Assembly: GCA_024763075.1 (NCBI GenBank)
Contig: JANTGF010000002.1
Coordinates: 7,831-71,830, forward strand
Length of the DNA: 64,000 bases
Direction: 5' to 3'
From: Bacteroidales bacterium
GTDB taxonomy: Bacteria; Bacteroidota; Bacteroidia; Bacteroidales; VadinHA17
Positions 20,276 through 29,109 of the stretch are shown piece by piece. Each line of letters starts with the position of its first letter. The first letter of the stretch is position 1. The position numbers and the translations under genes are program-made. The notes under the pieces were generated by a model. The model did no database searches and was not told the origin of the DNA. It saw only the letters and a program-made list of their open reading frames with translations.

Positions 20276-20289
20276 TGTTCTCGTGAACA
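20276..20289. promoter_or_regulatory. Putative distal operator half of a tandem pair (TGTTCTCGTGAACA)
   Basis: The arms TGTTC/GAACA are reverse complements around a CG-containing centre. It is separated by exactly 8 A/T nt from the proximal site. The same tandem layout occurs at 33606/33628. Confidence 0.6.
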
Positions 20290-20297
20290 TTTTTTTT

Positions 20298-20311
20298 TGT
20301 GCTCGTGCACA
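20298..20311. promoter_or_regulatory. Putative LacI-family operator (TGTGCTCGTGCACA, one mismatch to the palindrome)
   Basis: 13 of 14 positions match TGTGCACGTGCACA. It ends 17 nt upstream of the TATCTTTG box and lies between divergent starts 20244 (-) and 20359 (+). Confidence 0.7.
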
Positions 20312-20328
20312 AAAATAAAAACAATTTC

Positions 20329-20336
20329 TATCTTTG
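20329..20336 (+). promoter_or_regulatory. Bacteroidota-type -7 promoter box (TATCTTTG)
   Basis: Exact TAnnTTTG match, 23 nt upstream of the ATG at 20359. Confidence 0.5.
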
Positions 20337-20358
20337 TCAAAGAATTAAAATCAAAATA

Positions 20359-23316
20359 ATGAAGCAGATGAGAATATTTCTTGTTATTTATATACTGTTT
20401 GGTTTTTTGAATAACATTCAGGGACAGCAAAAGATCAGCCTTAAGGGCAAAGTGAGTGATTCAGGTACAAGTGAGACTCTGGTGGGTGCCAATGTTTATT
20501 TTGAAGGTACGGGGATTGGCACTGTAACAGATGCAGACGGGAATTATTTTTTAAGTGGTTTCCCTCCAGGAGATTACACCCTTGTTGTCTCATACATAGG
20601 ATATGACAGGTATGAGGAACAATTTCGGTTTTCCGACGGGTCATCCATACAAAAAAATTTCCGGCTTAACTACAGCGGGGGAGAGAAACTGGATGAAGTG
20701 GTGGTAACTGCCCAGGCGCAGGGACAGTATAAGGCCATTAACCAGCAACTGTCTGCCAGCGATATCAGATCGGTGGTTTCTTCTGACCGGCTACGGGAAT
20801 TACCCGATGCCAATGCAGCTGAGTCACTTGGGAGATTACCGGGAGTTTCTTTGCAAAGAAGCGGTGGAGAGGGAGAAAAAGTGATAATAAGGGGACTGTC
20901 TCCCAAGTATAATAAAGTCATGGTGGAAGGAATCGAGATTGCGGCTACAGGAAAGGATGACCGCAGTGTAAGTTTGAATACTATTTCGTCTTATTCCCTG
21001 GACGGGATGGAAGTTGTGAAATCAAATACAGCGGATATGGACGGCGACTTTGTGGGAGGAGCTGTAAACTTTAAACTTCGAACTGCTTCACCCGGATTTC
21101 AAACAGAGCTGGGTATGCTGGGTGGCTACAATAATCTGAAAGGAACCTTCAACGATTACAAGTTTGACGGTAGTGTAAGTAATCGTTTTATGGATGACAG
21201 GCTTGGCCTTTTCTTCCATGCAAATTTTGAAAACCGCAACCGTAGCGCCAGTTCTAGGTCCCTCCAAACGGGTTTGTATGGTGATGCAACCAGAGAAGGA
21301 CCCAATGAGGTTTATTTATATCAAATGACACTGAGTGATATTGTACGGTCAAGGAACAGAAAAGGAGGAACGCTCGTCCTGGATTATAAATTGGACAAGG
21401 GAGAAATCCAATTTAAAAACTTTCTGAGTAGCGGACACGACCAGGTGATCCACTATTCAGAGGTACTAAATGTGAGCAATGAGAGGATTCAGCTTGCAAC
21501 AAATGATGTTTTTTCTGAGAGGCTGATGTATAATAATTACCTTTCCTACAAGCAGAAATTTTCAAACCTGAGTATTGATGCGAGTATTTCGCATGCGTAT
21601 TCCGGGGGAAACAACCCCTCCAATCTGAGGTTTAATTTCTACCAGGAATCAGCATTACCAGGTGTCTCTTTCGATCCCCATCCTGATTCCATTATGGTAT
21701 ATAGTGCACTTGACCCGAAGAAAGTCCTGGTCTCCGGATTCAGCGATACAGACAGCCGGACAGAACATCGGCAATTAGAATCTGCTTTAAATCTTGAATG
21801 GGCTTATACTTTATCAAAACAAATAAGCGGATACATAAAAGTCGGAGGAAAATACCGCCATCAACAGCGTTACTACGATCAGAGTTACAGGAGTGCCAAT
21901 CTGACATCCGGGTTCGAGATCAACCTGGGTGTCATTGAAGCTTATCCCGAAATCTTTTCGGGTCATACAACCGACGACGGGAAGTATATCTACTACAGTG
22001 CTTTCATAGATGAATCCTATAATGCGGGAAAATTTTTTGAAGGCAAATATGGAGCTTTTCCCCAGGGAGCAGATGTTCACACCATGCATTTATTTGCCGA
22101 CTATGCACGGCAAAAGTATTCAGGTGATCCGGTATATGCTGCCTGGTATCAGGACAATGCTTTTGAGAATCTGTCCTATGACTATACCGGAAAAGAGGAC
22201 TATTACGCTGGATACCTCATGGGTAGCCTGAATATTGGCTCCATGGTAGAATTTGTCCCGGGTGTGCGGTATGAAGAAAACAATACCCTGTATTCCGGTG
22301 CACAGGGCAACCAGAGTGCATCCGGGCCCCTTTACCTGGAGTACAAATCTTATGTAGTGGATACAGCAAGTCGGAAGAATGATTTCCTGCTCCCTATGAT
22401 CCATTTGAAAATAAAGCCTACACGTTGGTTGATGTTTCATTTAGGTTATACGCATACCCTGTCCCGGCCTAATTTTACAAGCCTGATTCCAAGAATGAAT
22501 ATTTCTGCAGGCCGGAATCCTGTGGTATACCTTAACAATGCAAAATTGAAACCTGAATTTGCGAGAAATATTGATTTTGTCACATCCATACATCAGAATG
22601 TTATTGGCCTGTTTAGCATCAATCTGTTTAGAAAGACCATCTCGGACAAAATATTCTCCACCATTACAAGACCGATCGGGGATGATTGGGAAGAACTCGG
22701 ATTGCCGGAAGCCTTGAGCGGGTACAATTACACTTACCAATACAATGATACGAGCGGTGTCAATTTGAACGGACTGGAACTGGAGTGGCAGACCAATTTC
22801 TGGTATCTTCCCGGAGTCCTCAAAGGCTTGGTGTTGAATATGAATTACACCCACATCTTTTCTGAAGCAACCTATCCTTATGCTTATCTTGATACTATCA
22901 TCAGGGATCCGGATGATCCCTTTAGACAAATTGAGGTATGGAAGGACGAGCCCTACCAGGCCAGGCTGATCAGTCAGCCTTCCGATATCCTCAACCTTTC
23001 TCTCGGGTATGATTACAAGGGCTTTTCGGTGAGAATTTCCATGATGTATACATCTGACATCTTTAAAGGACATGGATTCTATAAGGAACAAACCATGACC
23101 ACCGGAAAATTTATCCGTTTTGACCTGAATGCAAAGCAGAAGCTTCCACATGGCATGATGGTATTCCTCAACTTGAACAATATCAACAATGCCATGGAAT
23201 ATACCTATCAGAAAGGATATGATTACCCCACGTACTATGAATCCTACGGGATGACTGTTGACCTGGGTCTTCGATGGAACTTCAGTTCGATAAAGAATTC
23301 GAATACTAACCAATAA
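20359..23316 (+). CDS. TonB-dependent outer-membrane transporter (CarboxypepD_reg-like N-domain + plug + ~22-strand barrel), not of the canonical SusC/RagA type
   Basis: Start moved to MKQMRIFLVIYILFGFLNNIQGQ (signal peptide). The GTG at 20299 lies inside the operator. N-domain: GKVSDSGTSETLVGANVYFEGTGIGTVTDADGNYFL. Plug: LRELPDANAAESLGRLPGVSLQRSGGEGEKVIIRGLSPKYNKVMVEG. C-terminal barrel ends in ...LGLRWNF. No ...GYGTQ... segment after the N-domain. Confidence 0.9.
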   Translation: MKQMRIFLVIYILFGFLNNIQGQQKISLKGKVSDSGTSETLVGANVYFEGTGIGTVTDADGNYFLSGFPPGDYTLVVSYIGYDRYEEQFRFSDGSSIQKNFRLNYSGGEKLDEVVVTAQAQGQYKAINQQLSASDIRSVVSSDRLRELPDANAAESLGRLPGVSLQRSGGEGEKVIIRGLSPKYNKVMVEGIEIAATGKDDRSVSLNTISSYSLDGMEVVKSNTADMDGDFVGGAVNFKLRTASPGFQTELGMLGGYNNLKGTFNDYKFDGSVSNRFMDDRLGLFFHANFENRNRSASSRSLQTGLYGDATREGPNEVYLYQMTLSDIVRSRNRKGGTLVLDYKLDKGEIQFKNFLSSGHDQVIHYSEVLNVSNERIQLATNDVFSERLMYNNYLSYKQKFSNLSIDASISHAYSGGNNPSNLRFNFYQESALPGVSFDPHPDSIMVYSALDPKKVLVSGFSDTDSRTEHRQLESALNLEWAYTLSKQISGYIKVGGKYRHQQRYYDQSYRSANLTSGFEINLGVIEAYPEIFSGHTTDDGKYIYYSAFIDESYNAGKFFEGKYGAFPQGADVHTMHLFADYARQKYSGDPVYAAWYQDNAFENLSYDYTGKEDYYAGYLMGSLNIGSMVEFVPGVRYEENNTLYSGAQGNQSASGPLYLEYKSYVVDTASRKNDFLLPMIHLKIKPTRWLMFHLGYTHTLSRPNFTSLIPRMNISAGRNPVVYLNNAKLKPEFARNIDFVTSIHQNVIGLFSINLFRKTISDKIFSTITRPIGDDWEELGLPEALSGYNYTYQYNDTSGVNLNGLELEWQTNFWYLPGVLKGLVLNMNYTHIFSEATYPYAYLDTIIRDPDDPFRQIEVWKDEPYQARLISQPSDILNLSLGYDYKGFSVRISMMYTSDIFKGHGFYKEQTMTTGKFIRFDLNAKQKLPHGMMVFLNLNNINNAMEYTYQKGYDYPTYYESYGMTVDLGLRWNFSSIKNSNTNQ

Positions 23317-23328
23317 AACATCTTAATC

Positions 23329-25041
23329 ATGAAACATTTTACACTTACGATCAGAAAGATGCTGCTTTTTTTTGCAGTGTCAGTATTTACCGCCAGTCTG
23401 TTTGCTCAGGGGGATACGCTTCGTCTCACCACGAACGATGACCTTTACGGGACAATATCTTCGGATACGCTTTCCGGAGGAGAGCAGGCCCACAAGGTCT
23501 ATCTGCTTCCTCGGGGCGGGGTCTTTTTTATGGCGCAGACCCTGGTATCCTCTCATGGATTTGAATTGGTCGGAGAACCTGGTCCGGAGGAAACATTTCC
23601 TGCTTATATCCTGCCTTCCAAGAACGAGTCAGGAGGTTACAATTATTTTTATGTGGAAAGCTGGGGGACTGACCAGGAGTATGTTTTTAAAAACCTTATC
23701 ATTCAGGGATGGACCCAGGATGCAGAATCCTCGGGAACCATTAAACCCGGGTTTTTCAGCAGCACACTTCAGAGCCTTGGAACAAGACTAATAGTGGATA
23801 ACTGCATCATCAATGGTTTTGAAGGAGCAATCGGTACAAAAGGGACAGGAACTTATGTGAAAATCACCAACTCCCTGTTCAGGAATATTACAAATTCCAG
23901 CGCAGACTGGTTTGGTATGGCTATCGATGACTGGGAATCTGGATGGCGCGACAGTCTGATTGTGCAGAATTGCACTTTCATGAATATCGGTTGTACAGCG
24001 ATCTATCCTTTTCTCAATCAACACAAGGCAGTGGTGATTGACCACAATACTTTTATTGGCTCAAGACGGATGAACATTTTTACCGGTTTCCAGACCGACG
24101 TGACCATTACAAACAATATTTTCACCGGTGGATGGGCTTCAGGCTATTCCCAGGATTATCGTTTAAAGGATCCTGGTGCCTGGGATTATAATGGCGTAAT
24201 CAATGTAGCACCTATTACTGATCCGAACACTCTTGCGATACTGGCAGATGAATTTGGGCTGGATACTTCTGATGTGGAAGCACAGCGTAAATTCATTGTG
24301 ACAAACAACGTGAACTGGTATCCTGAATTTCTTGTCCAGGCCTGGGATACCCTTGATTATAAGAAATATAACCCAAACACATGTGACCCACAGGTATGGA
24401 TCAAGGATACCTGCCGTAACCAGTTCAACAGAATGCCAGAGTCTGTTGTGGAGGATGCTCTGGGACACCTGAACAGCGATGAGGCCAAAGGTGGAACCTT
24501 CGATCCCGGTTTTGATATGGCATCTGTTGAAAGTGTGTATGATGCCATCATTCAATGGACAGCAGTATACAGGAATGATGACGGGTTTATTCCCTACCAC
24601 CCTAATTTTGATGCAGAAGGGAAAAGATACCAGTTATCGTGGCCCCTGCCGGAGGACTTCAGTTATACGAATACAGATATGCTAACCTACAGTACTACCG
24701 GAGGACCGGTTGGTGATTTGAACTGGTTTGGAGGCCCAACTGGTATACGCGATTCCAGGGCACCCCGTAGTATGGAATTGTCCGTATTTCCAAATCCGTT
24801 CACCAGTAGTACTACGATCAGGTACAGGGTTGAGGAATACTCCCATGTAAGACTTTCTATTTTTGATCTGTCTGGGAAAGAACTTGCAGTACTTGCGAAT
24901 ACCTGGCAGGTAGCAGGTGAGCACAGCGTACAATGGAAAGGAACCCGGGAAAATGGTTTACCTCTTGGAGGAGGTATATACATCTGCAAAATACAAAGTG
25001 GATCACAATCAGCGGTCAGGAAGGTGATCCTGATGGAATAA
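23329..25041 (+). CDS. Right-handed beta-helix repeat protein with T9SS sorting domain, encoded in the SusD position downstream of the TBDT
   Basis: Signal peptide with no lipobox Cys. Asn-ladder-like repeats: NCIINGF, ITNSLFRNI, VQNCTFMNIG, IDHNTFIG, ITNNIFTG. T9SS tail: LSVFPNPFTSSTTIRY...GIYICKI...KVILME. Starts 12 nt after the TBDT stop. Paralog of 27302..29071. Confidence 0.85.
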   Translation: MKHFTLTIRKMLLFFAVSVFTASLFAQGDTLRLTTNDDLYGTISSDTLSGGEQAHKVYLLPRGGVFFMAQTLVSSHGFELVGEPGPEETFPAYILPSKNESGGYNYFYVESWGTDQEYVFKNLIIQGWTQDAESSGTIKPGFFSSTLQSLGTRLIVDNCIINGFEGAIGTKGTGTYVKITNSLFRNITNSSADWFGMAIDDWESGWRDSLIVQNCTFMNIGCTAIYPFLNQHKAVVIDHNTFIGSRRMNIFTGFQTDVTITNNIFTGGWASGYSQDYRLKDPGAWDYNGVINVAPITDPNTLAILADEFGLDTSDVEAQRKFIVTNNVNWYPEFLVQAWDTLDYKKYNPNTCDPQVWIKDTCRNQFNRMPESVVEDALGHLNSDEAKGGTFDPGFDMASVESVYDAIIQWTAVYRNDDGFIPYHPNFDAEGKRYQLSWPLPEDFSYTNTDMLTYSTTGGPVGDLNWFGGPTGIRDSRAPRSMELSVFPNPFTSSTTIRYRVEEYSHVRLSIFDLSGKELAVLANTWQVAGEHSVQWKGTRENGLPLGGGIYICKIQSGSQSAVRKVILME

Positions 25042-25090
25042 GCCAGCTTTCTCCTGCCGGTGAAGGCTGATTTGATTCATAGTGAATTAT

Positions 25091-25130
25091 ACTCCGGATA
25101 TCAATTATTATTTTTGATATCCGGAGTTTT
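25091..25130 (+). terminator. Rho-independent terminator of the TBDT/beta-helix operon
   Basis: Perfect 14-bp stem ACTCCGGATATCAA (25091..25104) / TTGATATCCGGAGT (25114..25127) with a 9-nt loop, followed by TTTT. Confidence 0.8.
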
Positions 25131-25143
25131 ATATGGGAGGTAC

Positions 25144-25966
25144 TCAATTCATTTGCTGTGTCAACGGATTTACAATAATAAAGACAACCCCATGTGCAGG
25201 AACGGTTGAGGAGAATCCTTTCTGCGTGATGTCTTCTTTCGCTGTCCTTATGTTCTTTACCCTGGCCTTCAGCATGGCAGGGTAGCATGTCTCTTCCCAG
25301 CTAACATGCATATTTTGTCCGGAATTACTTTGGTTAAACAAAAAGTGGTTCGCTTTAGGTTTCCAGTTTTTTCTCCCATTCCCAGGGTTTCTGAGTCCCC
25401 CATTCACAAATACTTAGCACCATAGGGCGGCCTGCTGCCTGGATGGCGTCACGAATTAAAGAATAGGAGGCCGGGGCATCCTGGGTGGATGTGTTGCACC
25501 AGTCCACCTTGACGTAGTCCACTTCCCATGCCGCAAACTGACGCATGTCCTGGAATTCATATCCTCTCATACCAGGGCGTCCCTCACAGGTAAGGGTTCC
25601 TGCACAGGAATAGAGTCCGAATTTTAGTCCCAGGGAGTGAATATAGTCAGCAAGCACCTTCATTCCAGATGGAAAACGGTCCGGGTCAGCAATGATGTTA
25701 CCGACAGAATCTCGTCCTGTCTGCCAGCAGTCGTCTATTACCAGGTATTCATACCCACACGCTCTTAGTCCCGAAGCGACCATAATTTCGGCTATTTCCC
25801 TGACCACTTCCTCGCTTACATCGCACCTGAAAGCATTCCAGCTGTTCCATCCCATTGGAGGAGTGGGTGCGAGCTCGTTTATCCGATTCTGACTTGTGAC
25901 TGATCCGGATATGGACAGCCCCAGGAAAATCAGTATTAAACTTCTTATGAGCGATTTGATATGCAA
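25144..25966 (-). pseudogene. GH27 alpha-galactosidase pseudogene (internal deletion plus frame break)
   Basis: The N-terminal 203 aa (25355..25966) carry GH27 blocks: PPMGWNSWNAF, YLVIDDCWQ, LKFGLYS, DYVKVDWC, SICEWG. The frame then stops. The overlapping frame 25144..25407 encodes only the C-terminal beta-sandwich (NWKPKANHFLFNQSNSG...VSW...VPAHGVVFIIVNP). The ~130-140 aa normally between them, including the WNDPDML acid/base region, are absent. The frames meet at an A6 run (GAGAAAAAACTGG). Confidence 0.7.
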
Positions 25967-25968
25967 GG

Positions 25969-27219
25969 TTAGGGACCCCTCTTTTCAATGCGAATCTCTC
26001 CATGCTCACGGGTATATTTTAAGAGTTCAACGCCAGCCAGGATCACTGCGCCAAAACCCACATCATTCTGACGCTGAGCACGGGTATAGTAATAATTCAG
26101 ATCATCCTGGATGCCTGTACCCATACAATTTTGGTTGATCGTTCCACGATCTGATGCACTCATTAAACCTTTCCATCCGTTGCCTGCAATGGTAATGTAT
26201 CTGGCTGGCAGGATACCCTGATTGACAGCAAAGGCTATCGCATAGGTAAACATAGCCGTACCTGAAGTTTCCAGATATGAATCTTCCTTGTCCAATAATT
26301 GGTGCCAATGACCTGATTTGCTTTGATATCCGGCTACACCCAGGATCTGGCGAATCAGGTTATTTTTTACTTTTTCCCATCCAGGATGATTCTTCGGAAG
26401 GAATTTCAACAACTCCACCTGCGCCATGATGATCCACCCATTCACCCGGGACCAATGTGCAACGGAGTGTTTCTCAATATCACTGTACCATCCATGGTAG
26501 TATAGCTGGGCATGTTCATCCCACAAATATTTAGTAAACAGGAGTACCTGTTTTACGGCCTCATCGAAATATTTTCGTTCACCGGTAAGATTACCCATTC
26601 TGGCTAAAAAAGGCACGCTCATATAAAGGTCATCTCCCCAGATGGTCTTGTCTGTAGGGAAATCCCGGCAATAGGTGCCATCATCCAGCCTGTACATGTC
26701 ATTAATCATAAAATCTGCTGCATTATTGATGTAATCCAGAGCATCATTTCGTTCCCTCAGATGATAAACATCTATTATACTGGCACCCATAGCCCCACAG
26801 TCATCAAGCTGTTCAAAAACAAACATCTGACCAAATGGATAGCTCCATTTATTCCTTCCATTGGCTTTGCCTTTGAAATAGGGGGAATTGTTGAAGATGA
26901 AATCATAATTTTTTAAACTATAATCAATGTCCCTCCGGTCATTAAGCACCTCACCGAGTTCTAGCATACCTATATTTACGACGCCATTATGATACTCCCA
27001 ACGTGATAGATGGTTAATGAACCATATCTCGCTGAAGGGGTTTAAATTCGCAGCACTGTTATAAACCTTGCCGGTTTTGTAATCCACAAACCCCCTGATA
27101 TTGTCATGAACAACAACGTCTGCAATCTGCCTTAGATCTTTTTCAAACTGAATAGAATCCTGGGCTATGACCAGATGTCCGCTTAAAATATATACGATTA
27201 TGAAAATGATCCTTTTCAT
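25969..27219 (-). CDS. GH105/GH88-family unsaturated (rhamno)galacturonyl/glucuronyl hydrolase
   Basis: Signal peptide. YteR-like blocks: IWGDDLYMSVPFLARMG, YYHGWYSD, HWSRVNGWIIMAQVELL, ETSGTAMFTYAIA. Confidence 0.85.
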   Translation of the reverse strand: MKRIIFIIVYILSGHLVIAQDSIQFEKDLRQIADVVVHDNIRGFVDYKTGKVYNSAANLNPFSEIWFINHLSRWEYHNGVVNIGMLELGEVLNDRRDIDYSLKNYDFIFNNSPYFKGKANGRNKWSYPFGQMFVFEQLDDCGAMGASIIDVYHLRERNDALDYINNAADFMINDMYRLDDGTYCRDFPTDKTIWGDDLYMSVPFLARMGNLTGERKYFDEAVKQVLLFTKYLWDEHAQLYYHGWYSDIEKHSVAHWSRVNGWIIMAQVELLKFLPKNHPGWEKVKNNLIRQILGVAGYQSKSGHWHQLLDKEDSYLETSGTAMFTYAIAFAVNQGILPARYITIAGNGWKGLMSASDRGTINQNCMGTGIQDDLNYYYTRAQRQNDVGFGAVILAGVELLKYTREHGEIRIEKRGP

Positions 27220-27239
27220 GAAAATATTCTTAAGATTGT

Positions 27240-27276
27240 AAAAAAGGAGTGATAATTAAGAGTATTACCACTCCTT
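27240..27276 (-). terminator. Rho-independent terminator-like hairpin after the second beta-helix gene
   Basis: On the minus strand: AAGGAGTG (complement of 27269..27276), a 17-nt loop, CACTCCTT (complement of 27244..27251), then T6. It sits between the stop at 27302 and the GH105 start at 27219. Confidence 0.6.
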
Positions 27277-27301
27277 ATACTTAATTTATTAGATTATAAA
27301 A

Positions 27302-29071
27302 CTACTTCAACTTGATCATTTTATTGATCTTTGAGGATACACCATTTTGTAATCTATAAATATAGATTCCACCGGGTAATGCCTGGCCAGAGTCGTCTGT
27401 CCCATTCCAATGGATTGTGTATTCACCGGGTACTTGTTGTTCCCTAACTAAAACGGTAACCTCTTTTCCTGAAATATCATAAACTGAAAGTTCTACTGGT
27501 GCCGCATGTTCGATTCGATAATAAATAGTAGTCGATCCTGTAAACGGATTCGGAAAATTTGTTAAAGTTTCAGTGGCAAGCTCCTTCGGGTGTTTTATAC
27601 CAGTTACATTCTCGAACCAATTCAGGTCACCGAGGGGTAGTCCGTCCGTTCCTGCTGTTTTTAAAGTTTCATTTGTATAAGCATAGTTTTCCGGTAAAGG
27701 CCATGCAAGCTGAAATTCTTTCCCCGGATCATCAATGTTTGTCAAATAGGGGGTCCAACCAGGCTGATTCCGAAATCCGTCCAGCCAGGTAATCATTGGA
27801 TTAAACACCCTGTCAATTACAGCCTGATCAAATCCCGGATCGAAAGTACTTGTCTTTGCATCCTCAGAGCCCATATGCCCATATGTGTTTTCCACTACAC
27901 ACATGGGAGCCATTTTAAATAAAGCTGAATCAAGATAAGTCATACTAATGTAAGGAACCTCAGCTCCACCATCCTCATCAATTGTATCCCAGGCCTCAAT
28001 GAGTTGCTTGGGCCAGTATATACAGTTGTTCCTGATTGTCCATGTACGCTGGCTGTGGGCAGCCCTCAACCCTCCGGTAGTATCTATGCCAAGAACATCG
28101 TGCATGGGGCCCAGTGCATCGATACCAATGGGATACATACTGTACACCGAACCTGCCTCATATCGGCCGGGGTTGTATATGACTGTATCATAAACAGAAG
28201 AGGAATCCTGGTAATATTGTTCATACCTGGATTTCGGTATGCCTGAGGATTCCCATCCTACAAACATATTATTGGTAATCGTTACATTTGCCTGGAAGCC
28301 GGCGAAAACACAACCCCTGGTAGTACCAAAGAATGTATTGTGATTAATGATAATTGCTTTACTAATTTCACCCCAGTAACCAATAATACCACTATTGCCA
28401 ATGTTTGACATGGTATTGTTTTCAAATATCAAGCTATCACGCCATCCACCACCTGTGGAACTCCATCCGGCATACAATGCACCCCCGGACCAGTCATCGG
28501 ATGGTGTACGGTTATTCCTGAAATTACAGTTAGTGATCTTTACATACTGACCGTTGCCTAAGGAACTTAATGTATTGTTACCACCTCCGTTAAAAACGCA
28601 GTTGTCAAGAATTATCCGGGCATTATCGCCAACCATGTCAACCAGTCCTTTCACTGCTACTCCGGTTGAGATTCCATCGCTTGTAAGGAATTGGAAAATG
28701 ATGTTTTTTGCAGTAAACACCTGGCCAACTCCTTCGCAATGGAACCAACGAGACACATATTCATTGTTTCCTGATTTTCTAGGTAAAACAAATGGAGGAA
28801 CGCCATCCCCCTCTTCACCTAACAGTGTGATATCATCATTTACATTGATGATGTCAGTTAAAAAATAAACTCCACCCTGGGAGAGTACAAAAACGTGGTT
28901 GTTTAGCATTCCGCTATTATCCATTTCTGCTCCAACTACCTCAAAAAGGTCGGCTCCATTGGAGACGAAAACAGTATCGTTTTGTGCAGAGACATTCAGA
29001 ACACCTACTAATGCCATAATATGCAAAGCAGTTGTCCAGGCTTTCATTTTTACAGTAAATAGTTTTTTCAT
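27302..29071 (-). CDS. Right-handed beta-helix repeat protein with T9SS sorting domain (paralog of 23329..25041), downstream of the second TBDT
   Basis: Signal peptide. Beta-helix repeats: NCVFNGGGNN, ITNCNFRNN, FENNTMSNIGN, INHNTFFG, ITNNMFVG. Shared partner-specific blocks: FQLAWPLPENYAYTN, GDLNWF. T9SS tail: NFPNPFTGSTTIYY...GIYIYRL...KMIKLK. Starts 38 nt after the TBDT stop. Confidence 0.85.
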   Translation of the reverse strand: MKKLFTVKMKAWTTALHIMALVGVLNVSAQNDTVFVSNGADLFEVVGAEMDNSGMLNNHVFVLSQGGVYFLTDIINVNDDITLLGEEGDGVPPFVLPRKSGNNEYVSRWFHCEGVGQVFTAKNIIFQFLTSDGISTGVAVKGLVDMVGDNARIILDNCVFNGGGNNTLSSLGNGQYVKITNCNFRNNRTPSDDWSGGALYAGWSSTGGGWRDSLIFENNTMSNIGNSGIIGYWGEISKAIIINHNTFFGTTRGCVFAGFQANVTITNNMFVGWESSGIPKSRYEQYYQDSSSVYDTVIYNPGRYEAGSVYSMYPIGIDALGPMHDVLGIDTTGGLRAAHSQRTWTIRNNCIYWPKQLIEAWDTIDEDGGAEVPYISMTYLDSALFKMAPMCVVENTYGHMGSEDAKTSTFDPGFDQAVIDRVFNPMITWLDGFRNQPGWTPYLTNIDDPGKEFQLAWPLPENYAYTNETLKTAGTDGLPLGDLNWFENVTGIKHPKELATETLTNFPNPFTGSTTIYYRIEHAAPVELSVYDISGKEVTVLVREQQVPGEYTIHWNGTDDSGQALPGGIYIYRLQNGVSSKINKMIKLK

Positions 29072-29109
29072 AATACTTAGTTTTAAAAGGTGAATAAATA
29101 AATTATCAG

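Noticed and set aside
20299-20358. N-terminal extensions of the track ORFs for the two TBDTs (20299.., ..32142) and the HEAT/thioredoxin gene (..20430)
   Set aside because: The extensions start inside or run across the palindromic operators and -7 boxes. They encode non-signal-like Lys/Asn-rich peptides. Internal Met codons (20359, 32067, 20244) give canonical signal peptides.
22441-23313. 290-aa ORF on the minus strand
   Set aside because: It is entirely antisense to the strongly supported TonB-dependent transporter. It has no recognisable motifs or signal peptide, and its composition is typical of a shadow frame.
23329-25041. Possibility that the genes downstream of the TBDTs are SusD-like lipoproteins
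   Set aside because: There is no Cys lipobox after the signal peptide and no helical/TPR-like sequence. They show beta-helix Asn-ladder repeats and a T9SS tail instead.
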